A DNA stretch of 64,000 bases from Myxococcota bacterium (GTDB lineage: Bacteria > Myxococcota_A > UBA9042 > PHBI01 > JAWLBL01): positions 235,518 through 299,517 of the forward strand of contig JAWLBL010000006.1 of assembly GCA_041687695.1 (NCBI GenBank). The letters run 5' to 3'. Below, piece after piece: positions 18,595-28,284 of this stretch (its first letter is position 1; each line of letters begins with the position of its first letter). The notes below the pieces were generated by a model. It searched no databases. It saw only the letters and a program-made list of their open reading frames with translations, and was not told the DNA's origin. The position numbers and the translations under genes were made by a program.

Positions 18595-18835
18595 GGAGGG
18601 CCTCGAGCGCCGGCAGCCGGCTCGGGGCGTCAGAGGCCGTCGAGGGCCTGCGACAGGTCGCGTCCGGCCCTCGACACGCTCTGAGGGCCTGCACCAGACC
18701 GCTCTCGGTCCTGCAGAGGCCGTCGAGCGCCTGCACAAGACCGCTCTCGGTCGCGCAGAGGCCATCGAGCGCCTGCAACAGGTCGCTTCCGGAGCCGTCA
18801 GAGCGCTTCGAGCGCCTGCAGCAGGTCGGCTTCCA
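18595..18835 (-). repeat. About five degenerate ~42-bp tandem copies resembling the last codons of the metB-like gene
   Basis: Recurring minus-strand unit of the form GACCTG.TGCAGGCGCTCGA.GGCCTCTG. Confidence 0.6.
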
Positions 18836-20003
18836 GATCGTCGGCGTCCTCGAGCCCCACCGACAGCCGCACCAGGCTGTCGCGGATGCCGACGGCCAGG
18901 CGCTCCTCGGTCGTCAGCTCGAAGTAGCTCATCAGGGCGACCTGCTCGATGAGCGTCTCCACGCCGCCCAGGCTGGGCCCGATGCGCGGGATCCGGACCG
19001 CGTCGATGAAGCGCCCGGTCGCCTCGAGGTCGGCGCGCAACGTGAACGAGACCACGCCGCCGAAGCCGCTCATCAGCCGCCGCGCCACCTCGTGCGTCGC
19101 GTGCGTCTCGAGGCCCGGATAGTACACCTCGTCGACCTTGGGGTGGCTCGCCAGCCGTCGGGCCAGCCGCATCGCTGTCTCGTTCTGCTGCCGCACGCGC
19201 AGCGGCAAGGTCTTCAGGCCCCGGATCAGCAGCCACGCGGCGTGCGGGTCCAGCACGCCGCCCAGGATGGCCTGCAGCTCGCGGATGCCCTGCACCAGCG
19301 GCGCCGCCCCCGCGATGACCCCCGCCAGCAGGTCGTTGTGGCCGCCCAGGTACTTGGTCGCCGAGTGGACGACCAGGTCGGCCCCCTGCGTCAGCGGCCG
19401 CTGGTTCACCGGTGTGGCGAAGGTCGCGTCGATGACGATCTTGAACGACCGGCCCTTCTTCAGCGCCGCCAGCGCGGGGATGTCGACGACCTTCAGGTAC
19501 GGGTTGGTCGGCGACTCCGTCACCAGGACCCGTGTCTCGGGCCGCAAGGCCGCCTCCAGGGCCGCCAGGTCGTCGGCCGGCACGACGCTGACCTCGACGC
19601 CCAGCCGCCCCAGGACCTGTCTGCAGAACTGCCGCGTCCGGCGATAGCAGTCGTCGGTCAGCACGACGTGTTGGCCCTGCCGCAGCAGGGTCAGCAGGGT
19701 CGTCGTGACCGCCGCCATCCCCGACCCGAACAGCAGCGCGTCCTGCGCCCCCTCGAGCGCCGCGATCTTCTCCTCGGCCGCGCGCTGCGTCGGGTTGCCG
19801 TAGCGCCCGTACTCCATCCGCTCGACCTCGCCCGACATGAACGCCGTCAGCTCGGCCGTGTCCCGGAACGTGTAGGTCGCGGTCTGGTAGATGGGCACCT
19901 GCAGGGCCGCGTGCGGCTGCCGCGCGTCCGTCCCGGCGTGCACCGCCGTCGTCTGAAGCCCTGGCCCTCGACCCTCCACCCGCTCGTCCCCGCCGCTGGC
20001 CAT
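18798..20003 (-). CDS. metB: Cystathionine gamma-synthase family PLP enzyme
   Basis: YGRYGNPT, SGMAA, ESPTNP, DATFATP, HSATKYLGGHNDL, SLGGVETL, RLSVGLE; AGGAGG RBS before ATG 20003. Confidence 0.85.
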   Translation of the reverse strand: MASGGDERVEGRGPGLQTTAVHAGTDARQPHAALQVPIYQTATYTFRDTAELTAFMSGEVERMEYGRYGNPTQRAAEEKIAALEGAQDALLFGSGMAAVTTTLLTLLRQGQHVVLTDDCYRRTRQFCRQVLGRLGVEVSVVPADDLAALEAALRPETRVLVTESPTNPYLKVVDIPALAALKKGRSFKIVIDATFATPVNQRPLTQGADLVVHSATKYLGGHNDLLAGVIAGAAPLVQGIRELQAILGGVLDPHAAWLLIRGLKTLPLRVRQQNETAMRLARRLASHPKVDEVYYPGLETHATHEVARRLMSGFGGVVSFTLRADLEATGRFIDAVRIPRIGPSLGGVETLIEQVALMSYFELTTEERLAVGIRDSLVRLSVGLEDADDLEADLLQALEAL

Positions 20004-20188
20004 GTCCCCTCCTCGTCGCCGCCCCACCATCGGGCGACTCCGCTATAGCGAAGTTCCTCGGCCCCGGTCCACCTCGCCGTGGAACGCCGATGACGCATCG
20101 CCGAGGCGCTCGGTCGCCCCAACCGCCCACGCGGGCTCCGCCATCGCCCGCCGCCCGCTGCTGGCGCGGCCGCGAGCGGCGGACCTTC

Positions 20189-20247
20189 GAAAAGGCGAGG
20201 GCCGCGTCGCCGGCTCCCCCTAAAGGGAGCCAGGCGCGCGGCCCTCG
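20189..20247 (-). terminator. Intrinsic terminator of the DsbA-like gene
   Basis: Long imperfect stem CGAGGGCCGCG..GGCTCCC/GGGAGCC..CGCGGCCCTCG followed by CCTTTT on the minus strand. Confidence 0.65.
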
Positions 20248-20273
20248 TCAGACCAGCGTGGCCTGAACGCGAA

Positions 20274-22256
20274 TTACTTCTTGTTCAGGATGTGCTTGTC
20301 GATGACGCGCGTGAAGGCCTCGAGGTTGTAGCCCGAGGGCGACGTGAACTTCCGACCGTTGATGTAGATGGTCGGGGTGCCACGGACGCCGGCCTTGCGG
20401 CCCTCCTCCATGTCGGCGTTGACGAGCTCCTTGTGCTTGCCGGACTCCATGCACTTCTTGAAGGCATCGATGTCCTTGACGCCGGCCTCCTTGGCCCACT
20501 CGTCCCACTTGGCCTGCGCGAGGTCCTTCTGGACCTCGAACAGCTTGTCGTGCATCTCCCAGAACTTGCCCTGGTCGTTGGCGCACAGCGACGCCTCGGC
20601 GGCCGGGAAGGCCTCCTTGTGGAAGTTCAGGGGGAAGTGCTTGAAGCCGATGACCGCCTGGTCGCCGTAGTGCTTCTGGACTTCCTTGAGCGGCGAGCCG
20701 ACGCGCGCGCAGAAGGGGCACTGGAAGTCCGAGAACTCGACGATCTGGATCTTGGCCGTCGGCTTGCCCATGACCGCGGTCTTGGACAGGTCGAACTGGT
20801 TGACCTGCTCCTCGAGCGGCTCGAAGACCTTGCCGTCCTTGATGATGGCGGCGTAGACGTCCTCGCGGGCGGTGCCCTTGCCGACGAGCTCCTCGGCCTT
20901 CTTCAGCTCCTCGTCGATGAGCTCCTTGAACTCCTCGAAGGGCTTGGCGCCCGTGAGCTTGCGGCCGTTGACGAAGCTGTTGGGCGTGCCACGCGCGGTG
21001 ACCTTGCCGGCCAGCTCCTGGTCCGCCTCGATGCGGGCCTTGTGCTTGTTCGAGTCCATGCACTTCTTCCAGTCGGCCACGTTCAGGCCGACCTCACCCG
21101 CGTACCGCTCGAGGTCGGCGGGCTGCAGGGCGCGCATGTTCGCGAAGAGCTTGTCGTGCATCTCCCAGAACTTGCCCTGGTCGTTGGCGCACATCGACGC
21201 CTCGGCGGCCGGGAAGGCCTCCTTGTGGAAGGGCAGCGGGTTGTGCTTGAAGACGACGCGGACCTTGTCGCCGTAGGTGCTCATGATCTGGTCGAGGACC
21301 GGATTGAGGCGGCTGCAGAAGGGGCACTGGAAGTCCGAGAACTCGACGATCGTGACGAGCGCGCCCTTGGCGTTGCCCTTCATCGCGTCGCCCGGATCCA
21401 CGTCCACCTTGTAGACCGTGCGGTCCACGGGGCGCGGCTGCTGCTGCTGAGCGGCCGGCGCGGCGGCCGGGGGCTCCTTGCCCTCGTAGACGAACGCGGC
21501 GAGCTGCGCGTTGTTCGTCTTGGTGCGCTCCTTCACGTAGTCCATGCCGCGCTTGCCGGCGTCGTCGGCCGCCTTGATCTCGGCGTCGATGACCTGCTTG
21601 AACTGCTCGAAGGGCTGAGCGCCACGCAGCGACTGGCCGTTGATGAAGAAGGCCGGCGTGCCCGAGGCGCCCACCGCGTTCGCGATCGCCTGGTTGCGAT
21701 CGACGAACTTGGCGATCTCGGGATCAGCCACGTCCTTCTTGTACTTCTCCATGTCCAGGCCGACCTCCTGGGCATACTTCTCGAGCTCGGGCTGCGACAG
21801 CGCGCGCTGGTTCGCGAACAGCTTGTCGTGCATCTCCCAGAACTTGCCCTGACGCCAGGCCGCCATCGACGCGATGGCCGCCGGCCGCGCGTCCTTGTGG
21901 AAGGGCAGCGGCTGGTGCAGGAAGGTCACGCGGACCTGGTCGCCGTAGGTGTCCTTGATCTGCTTGATCGTCGGCAGGACGCGCGAGCAGAAGGGGCACT
22001 GGAACTCGGAGACCTCGAAGATCTCGACCTTCGGGTTCTCGACGCCGGTCGACGGGAAGGTGACCGGGCCGCTGGCCGGGTCGGCCGGCTTCTCGCCGGT
22101 CTGGGCGGTGCCCTCGGCCGGCTGGGCCGGCTGCTGCGCGCCTTGCTCGGTGGCCGGCTTGACGGGCTCGCCCGCCGGCTTCTGCTGCTCTCCACCCTTG
22201 CCGCATCCCGCGACCAGGGCCATGACGGCCACCATGGCCGCAACCCTCAACTTCAT
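20274..22256 (-). CDS. Lipoprotein with three tandem DsbA/thioredoxin domains
   Basis: Lipobox VAGC; three FS[ED]FQCPFC sites, each followed by KFWEMHDKLF and cis-Pro GTP. Confidence 0.9.
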   Translation of the reverse strand: MKLRVAAMVAVMALVAGCGKGGEQQKPAGEPVKPATEQGAQQPAQPAEGTAQTGEKPADPASGPVTFPSTGVENPKVEIFEVSEFQCPFCSRVLPTIKQIKDTYGDQVRVTFLHQPLPFHKDARPAAIASMAAWRQGKFWEMHDKLFANQRALSQPELEKYAQEVGLDMEKYKKDVADPEIAKFVDRNQAIANAVGASGTPAFFINGQSLRGAQPFEQFKQVIDAEIKAADDAGKRGMDYVKERTKTNNAQLAAFVYEGKEPPAAAPAAQQQQPRPVDRTVYKVDVDPGDAMKGNAKGALVTIVEFSDFQCPFCSRLNPVLDQIMSTYGDKVRVVFKHNPLPFHKEAFPAAEASMCANDQGKFWEMHDKLFANMRALQPADLERYAGEVGLNVADWKKCMDSNKHKARIEADQELAGKVTARGTPNSFVNGRKLTGAKPFEEFKELIDEELKKAEELVGKGTAREDVYAAIIKDGKVFEPLEEQVNQFDLSKTAVMGKPTAKIQIVEFSDFQCPFCARVGSPLKEVQKHYGDQAVIGFKHFPLNFHKEAFPAAEASLCANDQGKFWEMHDKLFEVQKDLAQAKWDEWAKEAGVKDIDAFKKCMESGKHKELVNADMEEGRKAGVRGTPTIYINGRKFTSPSGYNLEAFTRVIDKHILNKK

Positions 22257-22541
22257 TGAATCCTCCTGATGACGGAACCGGTCGTCTCGGCCCTGCGGGC
22301 GCGCGTGGACTCGCGCAACCTCGCGAAAGGACTGAAGAAAACGCTCTCGCTGGACCTCGAGTCCGCGGGACTATGTCACACCACCTGGGGCCCCGCAAGC
22401 GAAGCGCCCGAGTGGACGCGCCGACCAAAACGCCGGCCCGGCGCCAATAGTTCACGTGGGCCCCTAGAAATTTCCGCGGCGCGCGATGTGCTATACCGGA
22501 CCTCGCTCAAAGCGCCGACCCACCGGACGGAGAATCCAGCG

Positions 22542-24185
22542 ATGCAGCTCGGGACGATGACTCATGGACGGCGCGGCCGGCTCGGTCGCCTGGCGCGGGC
22601 GCTGCTCCTGCTCGCGCTGACGCTCGGAGGCTGCCGTGGCGCCGCGGGCGAACCTCCGTCAGTGGCCGCCGCGCCGCCGCCCGTTCAGCCGGCCCGGGCT
22701 GGTCTCGGGTCCGAAGCGGGGCCCGACAGCGAAGCCGTCCCGCGCCCGCAGGCCCAGGCGGCCCCAACGGCCGAGGCTGCGTCGGCCGGACTGGGCGCTC
22801 TGGCCAGCCCCGACGCTCTGGCCGCGGCCATCGAGCGTCACCACAGCGACCAGTGGTACGGCGTCTACATGCTGGGCAAGAAGATCGGGCACGCGCGGGT
22901 CTGGATGCGGCCGTCGGGCGAGGGCGAGCCTGGCGCGTACGCGACCGGGACGGAGCTCGAGATGACGGTCCGCGGGCTGCTCGGCGAGGCGCGCATGGAC
23001 ATGAGCGAGGCGCGGTTCTACGCAGCCGAGGCACCTCATTCGCTGATCGAGACCCGCATGCGCTCCGAGGCGTCGGGCGTCGTCGACGAGCGGGTAGGGC
23101 GCAACACTCCCGAGGGCCTGGTGGTCACCCGCACCACGGCGGGGCGCGCCGCCGCGCCGCGCACCATCGCCCGGAGCCAGGAGTCGCTCGCGTCGCTCTT
23201 CGTGACGATGCCGACGGACGCCGCGTCGCTACGCCCCGGGCAGTCGGCCCGGGCGCCCTGGTTCAACTGGGAGGCCGAGAAGGACGACTTCGTCTCGGTG
23301 ACCGTGGCGTCGGTGCGGCCGGGCACCCACGCCGGCGTCGACACCACGCTGGCCACCCTGGACGTGAAGTACGAGAAGATGGGCCTGTCGGCCACCAGCC
23401 TGGTCGCCGGGGCGGGCGTGGTCGTCGAGACCGCGCTCGGCCAGGGCCTGGTCCTCAAGCTCGAGGAGAAGGACGTCGCGCGCAGCGACGTCGTGGGCCT
23501 GGACGTCATGGGCTCCGGCGTGCCGGTCGCCAAGAAGCTGGGACGCCCTCATGACATCATCGAGCTGACCCTGAAGGTGAAGACCCCCGGCGACTACGCC
23601 CTGCCGAGCGCCGCCAACCAGGAGGTGACCCCCCTGGAGGACGGCTGGTCCCGCGTCGTCCTGCGCTCAAGTCCCGGCGCGCCCGTCACGACCGACGAGC
23701 GCGCCGCCGCCCTCGAGAGCGACGCCACCATGGACGCCGACTCACCCAGCATCCAAGCCAAGGCCAAGGAGCTGACCGAGGGCGCGGCCGACGACGCCGA
23801 CAAGGCCCGACGTCTGGGCGCCTGGGTCTTCCAGACGCTCGACAAGCAGCTGGCGACGCACCTGCCGACCGCTTCGACCGTCCTGGACAAGAAGCTCGGC
23901 GACTGCACCGAGCACACCTGGCTCTTCGTCGCCCTGGCCCGCGCCGCCGGCCTGCCCGCGCGCCCGGTCTACGGCGTCGGCTACACGGGCGACGGCCACG
24001 CCAGCTTCGGCTACCACGCCTGGGCCGAGGTCGCCATCGACGGCCACTGGGTCGCCGTCGACCCCACCTGGGGCGAGCCCGTCGCCGACGCCACCCACCT
24101 GCGCCTGGCCTCCGAGCTGAGCGACGTCGCCGCCATCATCGGCGGCCTCGAGATCCAGGTCGAAGGCGAGCCGCGCCGCCGCTGA
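22542..24185 (+). CDS. Transglutaminase-like domain lipoprotein
   Basis: LGGC lipobox; GDCTEH, ARAAGLPAR, HAWAEV and VDPTW give the Cys-His-Asp triad. Confidence 0.85.
   Translation: MQLGTMTHGRRGRLGRLARALLLLALTLGGCRGAAGEPPSVAAAPPPVQPARAGLGSEAGPDSEAVPRPQAQAAPTAEAASAGLGALASPDALAAAIERHHSDQWYGVYMLGKKIGHARVWMRPSGEGEPGAYATGTELEMTVRGLLGEARMDMSEARFYAAEAPHSLIETRMRSEASGVVDERVGRNTPEGLVVTRTTAGRAAAPRTIARSQESLASLFVTMPTDAASLRPGQSARAPWFNWEAEKDDFVSVTVASVRPGTHAGVDTTLATLDVKYEKMGLSATSLVAGAGVVVETALGQGLVLKLEEKDVARSDVVGLDVMGSGVPVAKKLGRPHDIIELTLKVKTPGDYALPSAANQEVTPLEDGWSRVVLRSSPGAPVTTDERAAALESDATMDADSPSIQAKAKELTEGAADDADKARRLGAWVFQTLDKQLATHLPTASTVLDKKLGDCTEHTWLFVALARAAGLPARPVYGVGYTGDGHASFGYHAWAEVAIDGHWVAVDPTWGEPVADATHLRLASELSDVAAIIGGLEIQVEGEPRRR
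24109..24185 (+). repeat. Left copy of a 77-bp direct repeat (3' end of the transglutaminase gene)
   Basis: 74/77 identical to 26189-26265. Confidence 0.9.
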
Positions 24186-24314
24186 GGGTCAAGGCTCGTC
24201 CATCGGGCGGACCGATGTCCCCGAGTCGACACCGGTTCGCCCGGCTGAACCTCGCTTCCCGCTTCCTTTATCTGCAGACTTTCCAGGCCTGGAAGGACGC
24301 CGTATAAAGGAAGC

Positions 24315-25358
24315 ATGCGCCGCATCGACGCCATCGGTGTTCGAGAGATCCCCCGGCTGATGGAGGAGTGGCTCGGGTCCCCAGTCGAAGCCGAGGCGGA
24401 GGTCCGAAACGGCAAGGATCGCCACGGTCTCGTCCTCCGTCACGACGGCACGATCTTCGTCGTGGAGGTGAAGCGAGCGGACGACATCGCCCTCCTGGAC
24501 TCGGCACGCCATCAACTCGCACGGTACATCGCGTCCCGCACCGATGCAGTCGGTGTGCTGGCCGTCCCGTACATGGGGCCCAAGGCTCGGGAGTTCGCTC
24601 GCACGGTGGGCTTGTCGTGGCTCGACCTGTCGGGCAACGCCGACATCCGCGGACCGGGCGTGCGGATCTTGGTCGAGGGCAAGCCCAACCGCTTCGCCTC
24701 CCCTGGTCGCCCGTCCTCGGCGTTCTCCGACAAGGCGTCGAGGATCTCCCGGGTGCTGCTGGTGGAGCCTGAGCGATGGTGGCGGCAGGCGGAGGTCGTG
24801 GAGGCCACCGGCCTGAGCAGCGGCTTCGTCAGCAAGGTCATCGGTCGGCTCGACGACGACGGCCTCCTCGACAGACTGACGGAGGACCGAAGCTTCCGGC
24901 CTCGCTCACCCGACCTGCTCCTCGACGCGTGGGCGCAGGTCTACGACTTCCGCAAGCACGACATCATCCGCTTCCACGCCCTCGGCCGCACCGGGGCCGA
25001 GGTCACCGAGGCCGTAGCCCGCCAGCTGGCGGGGCGCTCCGACCTCCAATGGGGGGCGACGGGGCTGGCGGCGGCGTGGCGGTGGACCCGGTACGCCGAC
25101 TTCCGCCTCGCCACGTTCTTTGTCTCGGCGCCCCTGCTCGACCCGGAGGCGCTGGGCCTGCGGCGTGTCGAACAGGGCGAGAACGTCTGGATCGCCGTCC
25201 CTCGGGACGAAGGCGTCCTGTACGGCGCCGAGGAGGTCTCGGGCGTCCGCTGCGCCCATCCGGTGCAAGTCTACCTCGACCTGCTAGGCCACCCCGAGCG
25301 AGCCGAGGAGGCCGCCTCCTATCTCCGCACCCACAAACTCGCTTGGGGGCGGTCATGA
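24315..25358 (+). CDS. AbiEi-like type IV TA antitoxin/regulator (PD-(D/E)xK-like N-terminus plus wHTH)
   Basis: VVEVK, PYM, WLDLSGNA, HTH (QAEVVEATGLSSGFVSKVIGRL), LLDAW, HPVQVYLDL...RAEEAA. Confidence 0.75.
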   Translation: MRRIDAIGVREIPRLMEEWLGSPVEAEAEVRNGKDRHGLVLRHDGTIFVVEVKRADDIALLDSARHQLARYIASRTDAVGVLAVPYMGPKAREFARTVGLSWLDLSGNADIRGPGVRILVEGKPNRFASPGRPSSAFSDKASRISRVLLVEPERWWRQAEVVEATGLSSGFVSKVIGRLDDDGLLDRLTEDRSFRPRSPDLLLDAWAQVYDFRKHDIIRFHALGRTGAEVTEAVARQLAGRSDLQWGATGLAAAWRWTRYADFRLATFFVSAPLLDPEALGLRRVEQGENVWIAVPRDEGVLYGAEEVSGVRCAHPVQVYLDLLGHPERAEEAASYLRTHKLAWGRS

Positions 25359-26188
25359 AGTTCGACAGCGCCTCCGACTACCCGCCCGGACTTGCAGTCG
25401 ACGCCCGGCGTATGTGCCTCCACGTCGCCACGATCCTCGGTGACCTCCTCGACGAGATGGTCGTAGTGGGTGGGCTCGTGCCGTACCTGATCGTCGACCA
25501 AGCCGCCGCCCACGAGGCCCACGTCGGCACGAGGGAGCTCGACCTCGGCCTGTCCATCGCCGTGCTCGATGACGAGCGCTACCGGGAGATCAGCGCCCGG
25601 CTTCGGGACCGGGGCTTCGAGCCCAGCCGCACCGAAGAGGGGAAGGTCACCCGGCAGACATGGGTGCTGCCGGGTCAGCGGATCACCCTTGATTTCCTCA
25701 TCCCCCGCACCGACGGCGGCCCGAGCCCCGGCAAGCTCCAGAGCCTCGAAGGCGACTTTGCCGCCATCGTCACTCCGGCCCTTTCGCTCGCCTTCAGGGA
25801 CTTCGACTCCGTCACCATCGAGGGGCCGACGCTGGCCGACGAGGTGGCGGCCCGCACGGTCAAGGTCTGCGGCCCGGCGGCGTTCGTGGCCATGAAGGCT
25901 CATGCCATCAACCTCAGGGCCAAGGACAAGGACGCCTACGACCTCGTCTACGTCCTCAGGCACTACGGCGACGGCACCGTGGCCGACGTGGTAGCCCGGT
26001 ACGTCGCCTTCGCCGAGGTCGATGAGGCGAAGCAGGCGCTCGACATCCTCCGAGCAGACTTCGCCTCCGAGAAGCACCTCGGGGCCGTGCGGGCCGCGAG
26101 GTTCAGGGCCGGGCGCCCAGACCCCGCACTTCAGGCCGACGCCTTCGGCTACGTGCAGGAGTTCCTGAAGCGGGTCGGGAGGCGCTGA
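25355..26188 (+). CDS. AbiEii-like nucleotidyltransferase toxin
   Basis: ATGA coupling to the antitoxin; VVGGLVP, HVGTRELD, LDFL, MKAHA and KDKDAYDL motifs. Confidence 0.75.
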   Translation: MKFDSASDYPPGLAVDARRMCLHVATILGDLLDEMVVVGGLVPYLIVDQAAAHEAHVGTRELDLGLSIAVLDDERYREISARLRDRGFEPSRTEEGKVTRQTWVLPGQRITLDFLIPRTDGGPSPGKLQSLEGDFAAIVTPALSLAFRDFDSVTIEGPTLADEVAARTVKVCGPAAFVAMKAHAINLRAKDKDAYDLVYVLRHYGDGTVADVVARYVAFAEVDEAKQALDILRADFASEKHLGAVRAARFRAGRPDPALQADAFGYVQEFLKRVGRR

Positions 26189-26265
26189 CCTCGGAGCTGA
26201 GCGACGTCGCCGCCATCATCGGCGGCCTCGAGCGCCAGGTCGAAGGCGAGCCGCGCCGCCGCTGA
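26189..26265 (+). repeat. Right copy of the 77-bp direct repeat (attR-like)
   Basis: Starts immediately after the toxin stop codon and ends in the duplicated GCTGA stop. Confidence 0.9.
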
Positions 26266-26313
26266 AGCCTGTGAAAGGCGGCGGGACGGTGCCCGAGCGT
26301 CAGCGAGCATTCA

Positions 26314-26715
26314 TCAGGCGAGCTCGAGGACCACGCCGTCCTCGGGCTCATCGCCCTTGGGCTCGTGCGTCTCGATGATCTCGACCAGCCAGTCGAACAC
26401 CGTCGGCCCTTCGCCAGCCCGGGCCGCGTCGAGTTCACGGCTGACCCTCGGCCGGTTGGCTTGATGACAGCGCACCAGCTGCCGTTCCAGGATCCGGCAC
26501 GTCTCCGCATGACCAAGGCGCTGTCGACTCTGCGCCGAGTTGACCCACCGAAGGATGAAGCCCTCGTCGGGCGTCCCGAATCCACCGCGGAGTATGTCGT
26601 TGAAGGCGTCCAGGTTGCGCCCCCAGGAGGCCGCCGGGACCAGGACGCGCTCCACCTCATCGTAGAACTCGCCGAGGGTAGAGAAACGCGCTCCATCGAT
26701 TACGTAGAGCTTCAC
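26314..26715 (-). CDS. Barstar-family RNase inhibitor
   Basis: GTG overlapping the upstream TGA; IDG, FY and WGRNLDAFNDILRGGFG barstar motif. Confidence 0.85.
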   Translation of the reverse strand: MKLYVIDGARFSTLGEFYDEVERVLVPAASWGRNLDAFNDILRGGFGTPDEGFILRWVNSAQSRQRLGHAETCRILERQLVRCHQANRPRVSRELDAARAGEGPTVFDWLVEIIETHEPKGDEPEDGVVLELA

Positions 26716-27005
26716 GGCTCGTCCAGCGGACCGAAACGATGCTCCAGCTCCGCGTCGAGGTCGTCGTCGTCGATCCCGAGGCCAGCCTCCGATTCCGCCA
26801 GCCCTTGATTGACGGCTGCCAGGAAGCGATCGCGTTCCGTCAGGCGGTCGTAGTCCTCGGGTGAGACGAGGACGCCGGCTGGGCGCCCGCGCTGCGTGAT
26901 GACGATGGGACGGCGGTCCTTCTGCAGGCGTCGCATGATGCTGGAGGCGTGCGCCTTGAACTCGCCGATCGGGATGATGTCGTCCTGAACCTGCAGCGGC
27001 TTCAT
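26712..27005 (-). CDS. Phd/YefM-family antitoxin
   Basis: AGGAG RBS; IGEFKAHAS and PIVITQRGRPAGVLVSPEDY. Confidence 0.9.
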   Translation of the reverse strand: MKPLQVQDDIIPIGEFKAHASSIMRRLQKDRRPIVITQRGRPAGVLVSPEDYDRLTERDRFLAAVNQGLAESEAGLGIDDDDLDAELEHRFGPLDEP

Positions 27006-27094
27006 GTTGGCTCCTGTCCTGAAGTCCGACCAGTAGAGTGGTTCGTTGCCGGGTCGGATTCAAGCCAGGAGCCTCGCGAGCCAGCGGCTCCAGG

Positions 27095-28186
27095 CTAGAC
27101 GTTGAACCGGAAATGCATGATGTCGCCGTCGTGGACGACGTACTCCTTGCCTTCCACGGCCATCTTGCCGGCGGCCTTGCACTGGGCCTCGCCGCCGAGG
27201 CGCACGTAGTCGTCGAACTTGATGACCTCGGCGCGGATGAAGCCGCGCTCGAAGTCGGTGTGGATGACGCCGGCGGCGCCCGGGGCCTTGGTGCCGCGGG
27301 TGATGGTCCAGGCGCGCACTTCCTTCACGCCGGCGGTGAAGTAGGTGATGAGGCCGAGCAGCTCGTAGCCGGCGCGGATGAGGCGGTCGAGGCCCGACTC
27401 CTCGAGGCCGAGGCTGTCGAGGAAGTCCTTGCGCTCCTCCTTGTCCAGCTCGGAGATCTCCGCCTCGATGGCGCCGCAGATGACCACGACGCCGCTGCCC
27501 TCGGCGGCCGCGTGCTGGCGGACGCGCTCGACGTGCTCGTTGCCGTCCGGCAGGCTGCCCTCGTCGACGTTGGCGGCGTACAGGACGGGCTTGCTGGTCA
27601 GCAGGAACAGCTCGCGGAAAGCGGCCTTCTGGTCGTCCTCGACCTGGAACGACCGGCCGGGCTTGCCCTCGGACAGCCACACGCGCAGCCGCTCGAGCAT
27701 CTCGACCTGAGGCTGCAGCTTCTTGTCGCCCTTGGCCTGCTTGGCCACGCGGTCGAGGCGCTTTTCGACCGAGTCCAGGTCCTTGAGCAGCAGCTCGGTG
27801 TCGATGATGCCGATGTCGCGGATCGGGTCGACGCTGCCCTCGACGTGGACGACGTTCTCGTCCTCGAAGCAGCGCACCACGTGGACGACCGCGTCGGTGT
27901 TGCGGATGTTGGCCAGGAACTGGTTGCCCAGGCCCTCGCCCTTGCTGGCGCCGCGCACCAGGCCCGCGATGTCGACGAACTCGACCGTCGCCGCCTGCAC
28001 GTTCTGCGGCTGGACCATCTCGGTCAGCTTGTCCATGCGCCGGTCCGGCACGGGCACGATGCCCACGTTCGGCTCGATGGTGCAGAACGGGTAGTTCGCC
28101 GCCTCGGCCCCGGCGGCCGACAGCGCGTTGAAGAGGGTGGACTTGCCCACGTTCGGCAGGCCGACGATGCCCAGGCTCATTCCCAT
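27095..28186 (-). CDS. ychF: Redox-regulated ribosome-binding ATPase YchF
   Basis: [64 protein letters not shown]. Confidence 0.97.
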   Translation of the reverse strand: MGMSLGIVGLPNVGKSTLFNALSAAGAEAANYPFCTIEPNVGIVPVPDRRMDKLTEMVQPQNVQAATVEFVDIAGLVRGASKGEGLGNQFLANIRNTDAVVHVVRCFEDENVVHVEGSVDPIRDIGIIDTELLLKDLDSVEKRLDRVAKQAKGDKKLQPQVEMLERLRVWLSEGKPGRSFQVEDDQKAAFRELFLLTSKPVLYAANVDEGSLPDGNEHVERVRQHAAAEGSGVVVICGAIEAEISELDKEERKDFLDSLGLEESGLDRLIRAGYELLGLITYFTAGVKEVRAWTITRGTKAPGAAGVIHTDFERGFIRAEVIKFDDYVRLGGEAQCKAAGKMAVEGKEYVVHDGDIMHFRFNV

Positions 28187-28284
28187 GACGCGACTCCGAT
28201 GCGCTCGCGGGTCCGCCCGCGAGGACGGCCCTCTATAACGTCGGCTTCGGCACGGTCAAGGGAGTCGGAGCGCCGGCGTCGGGC

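Noticed and set aside
20004..20190. SAM riboswitch upstream of the metB-like gene
   Set aside because: No SAM-I or SAM-II consensus elements recognisable by eye; an Rfam scan would settle it
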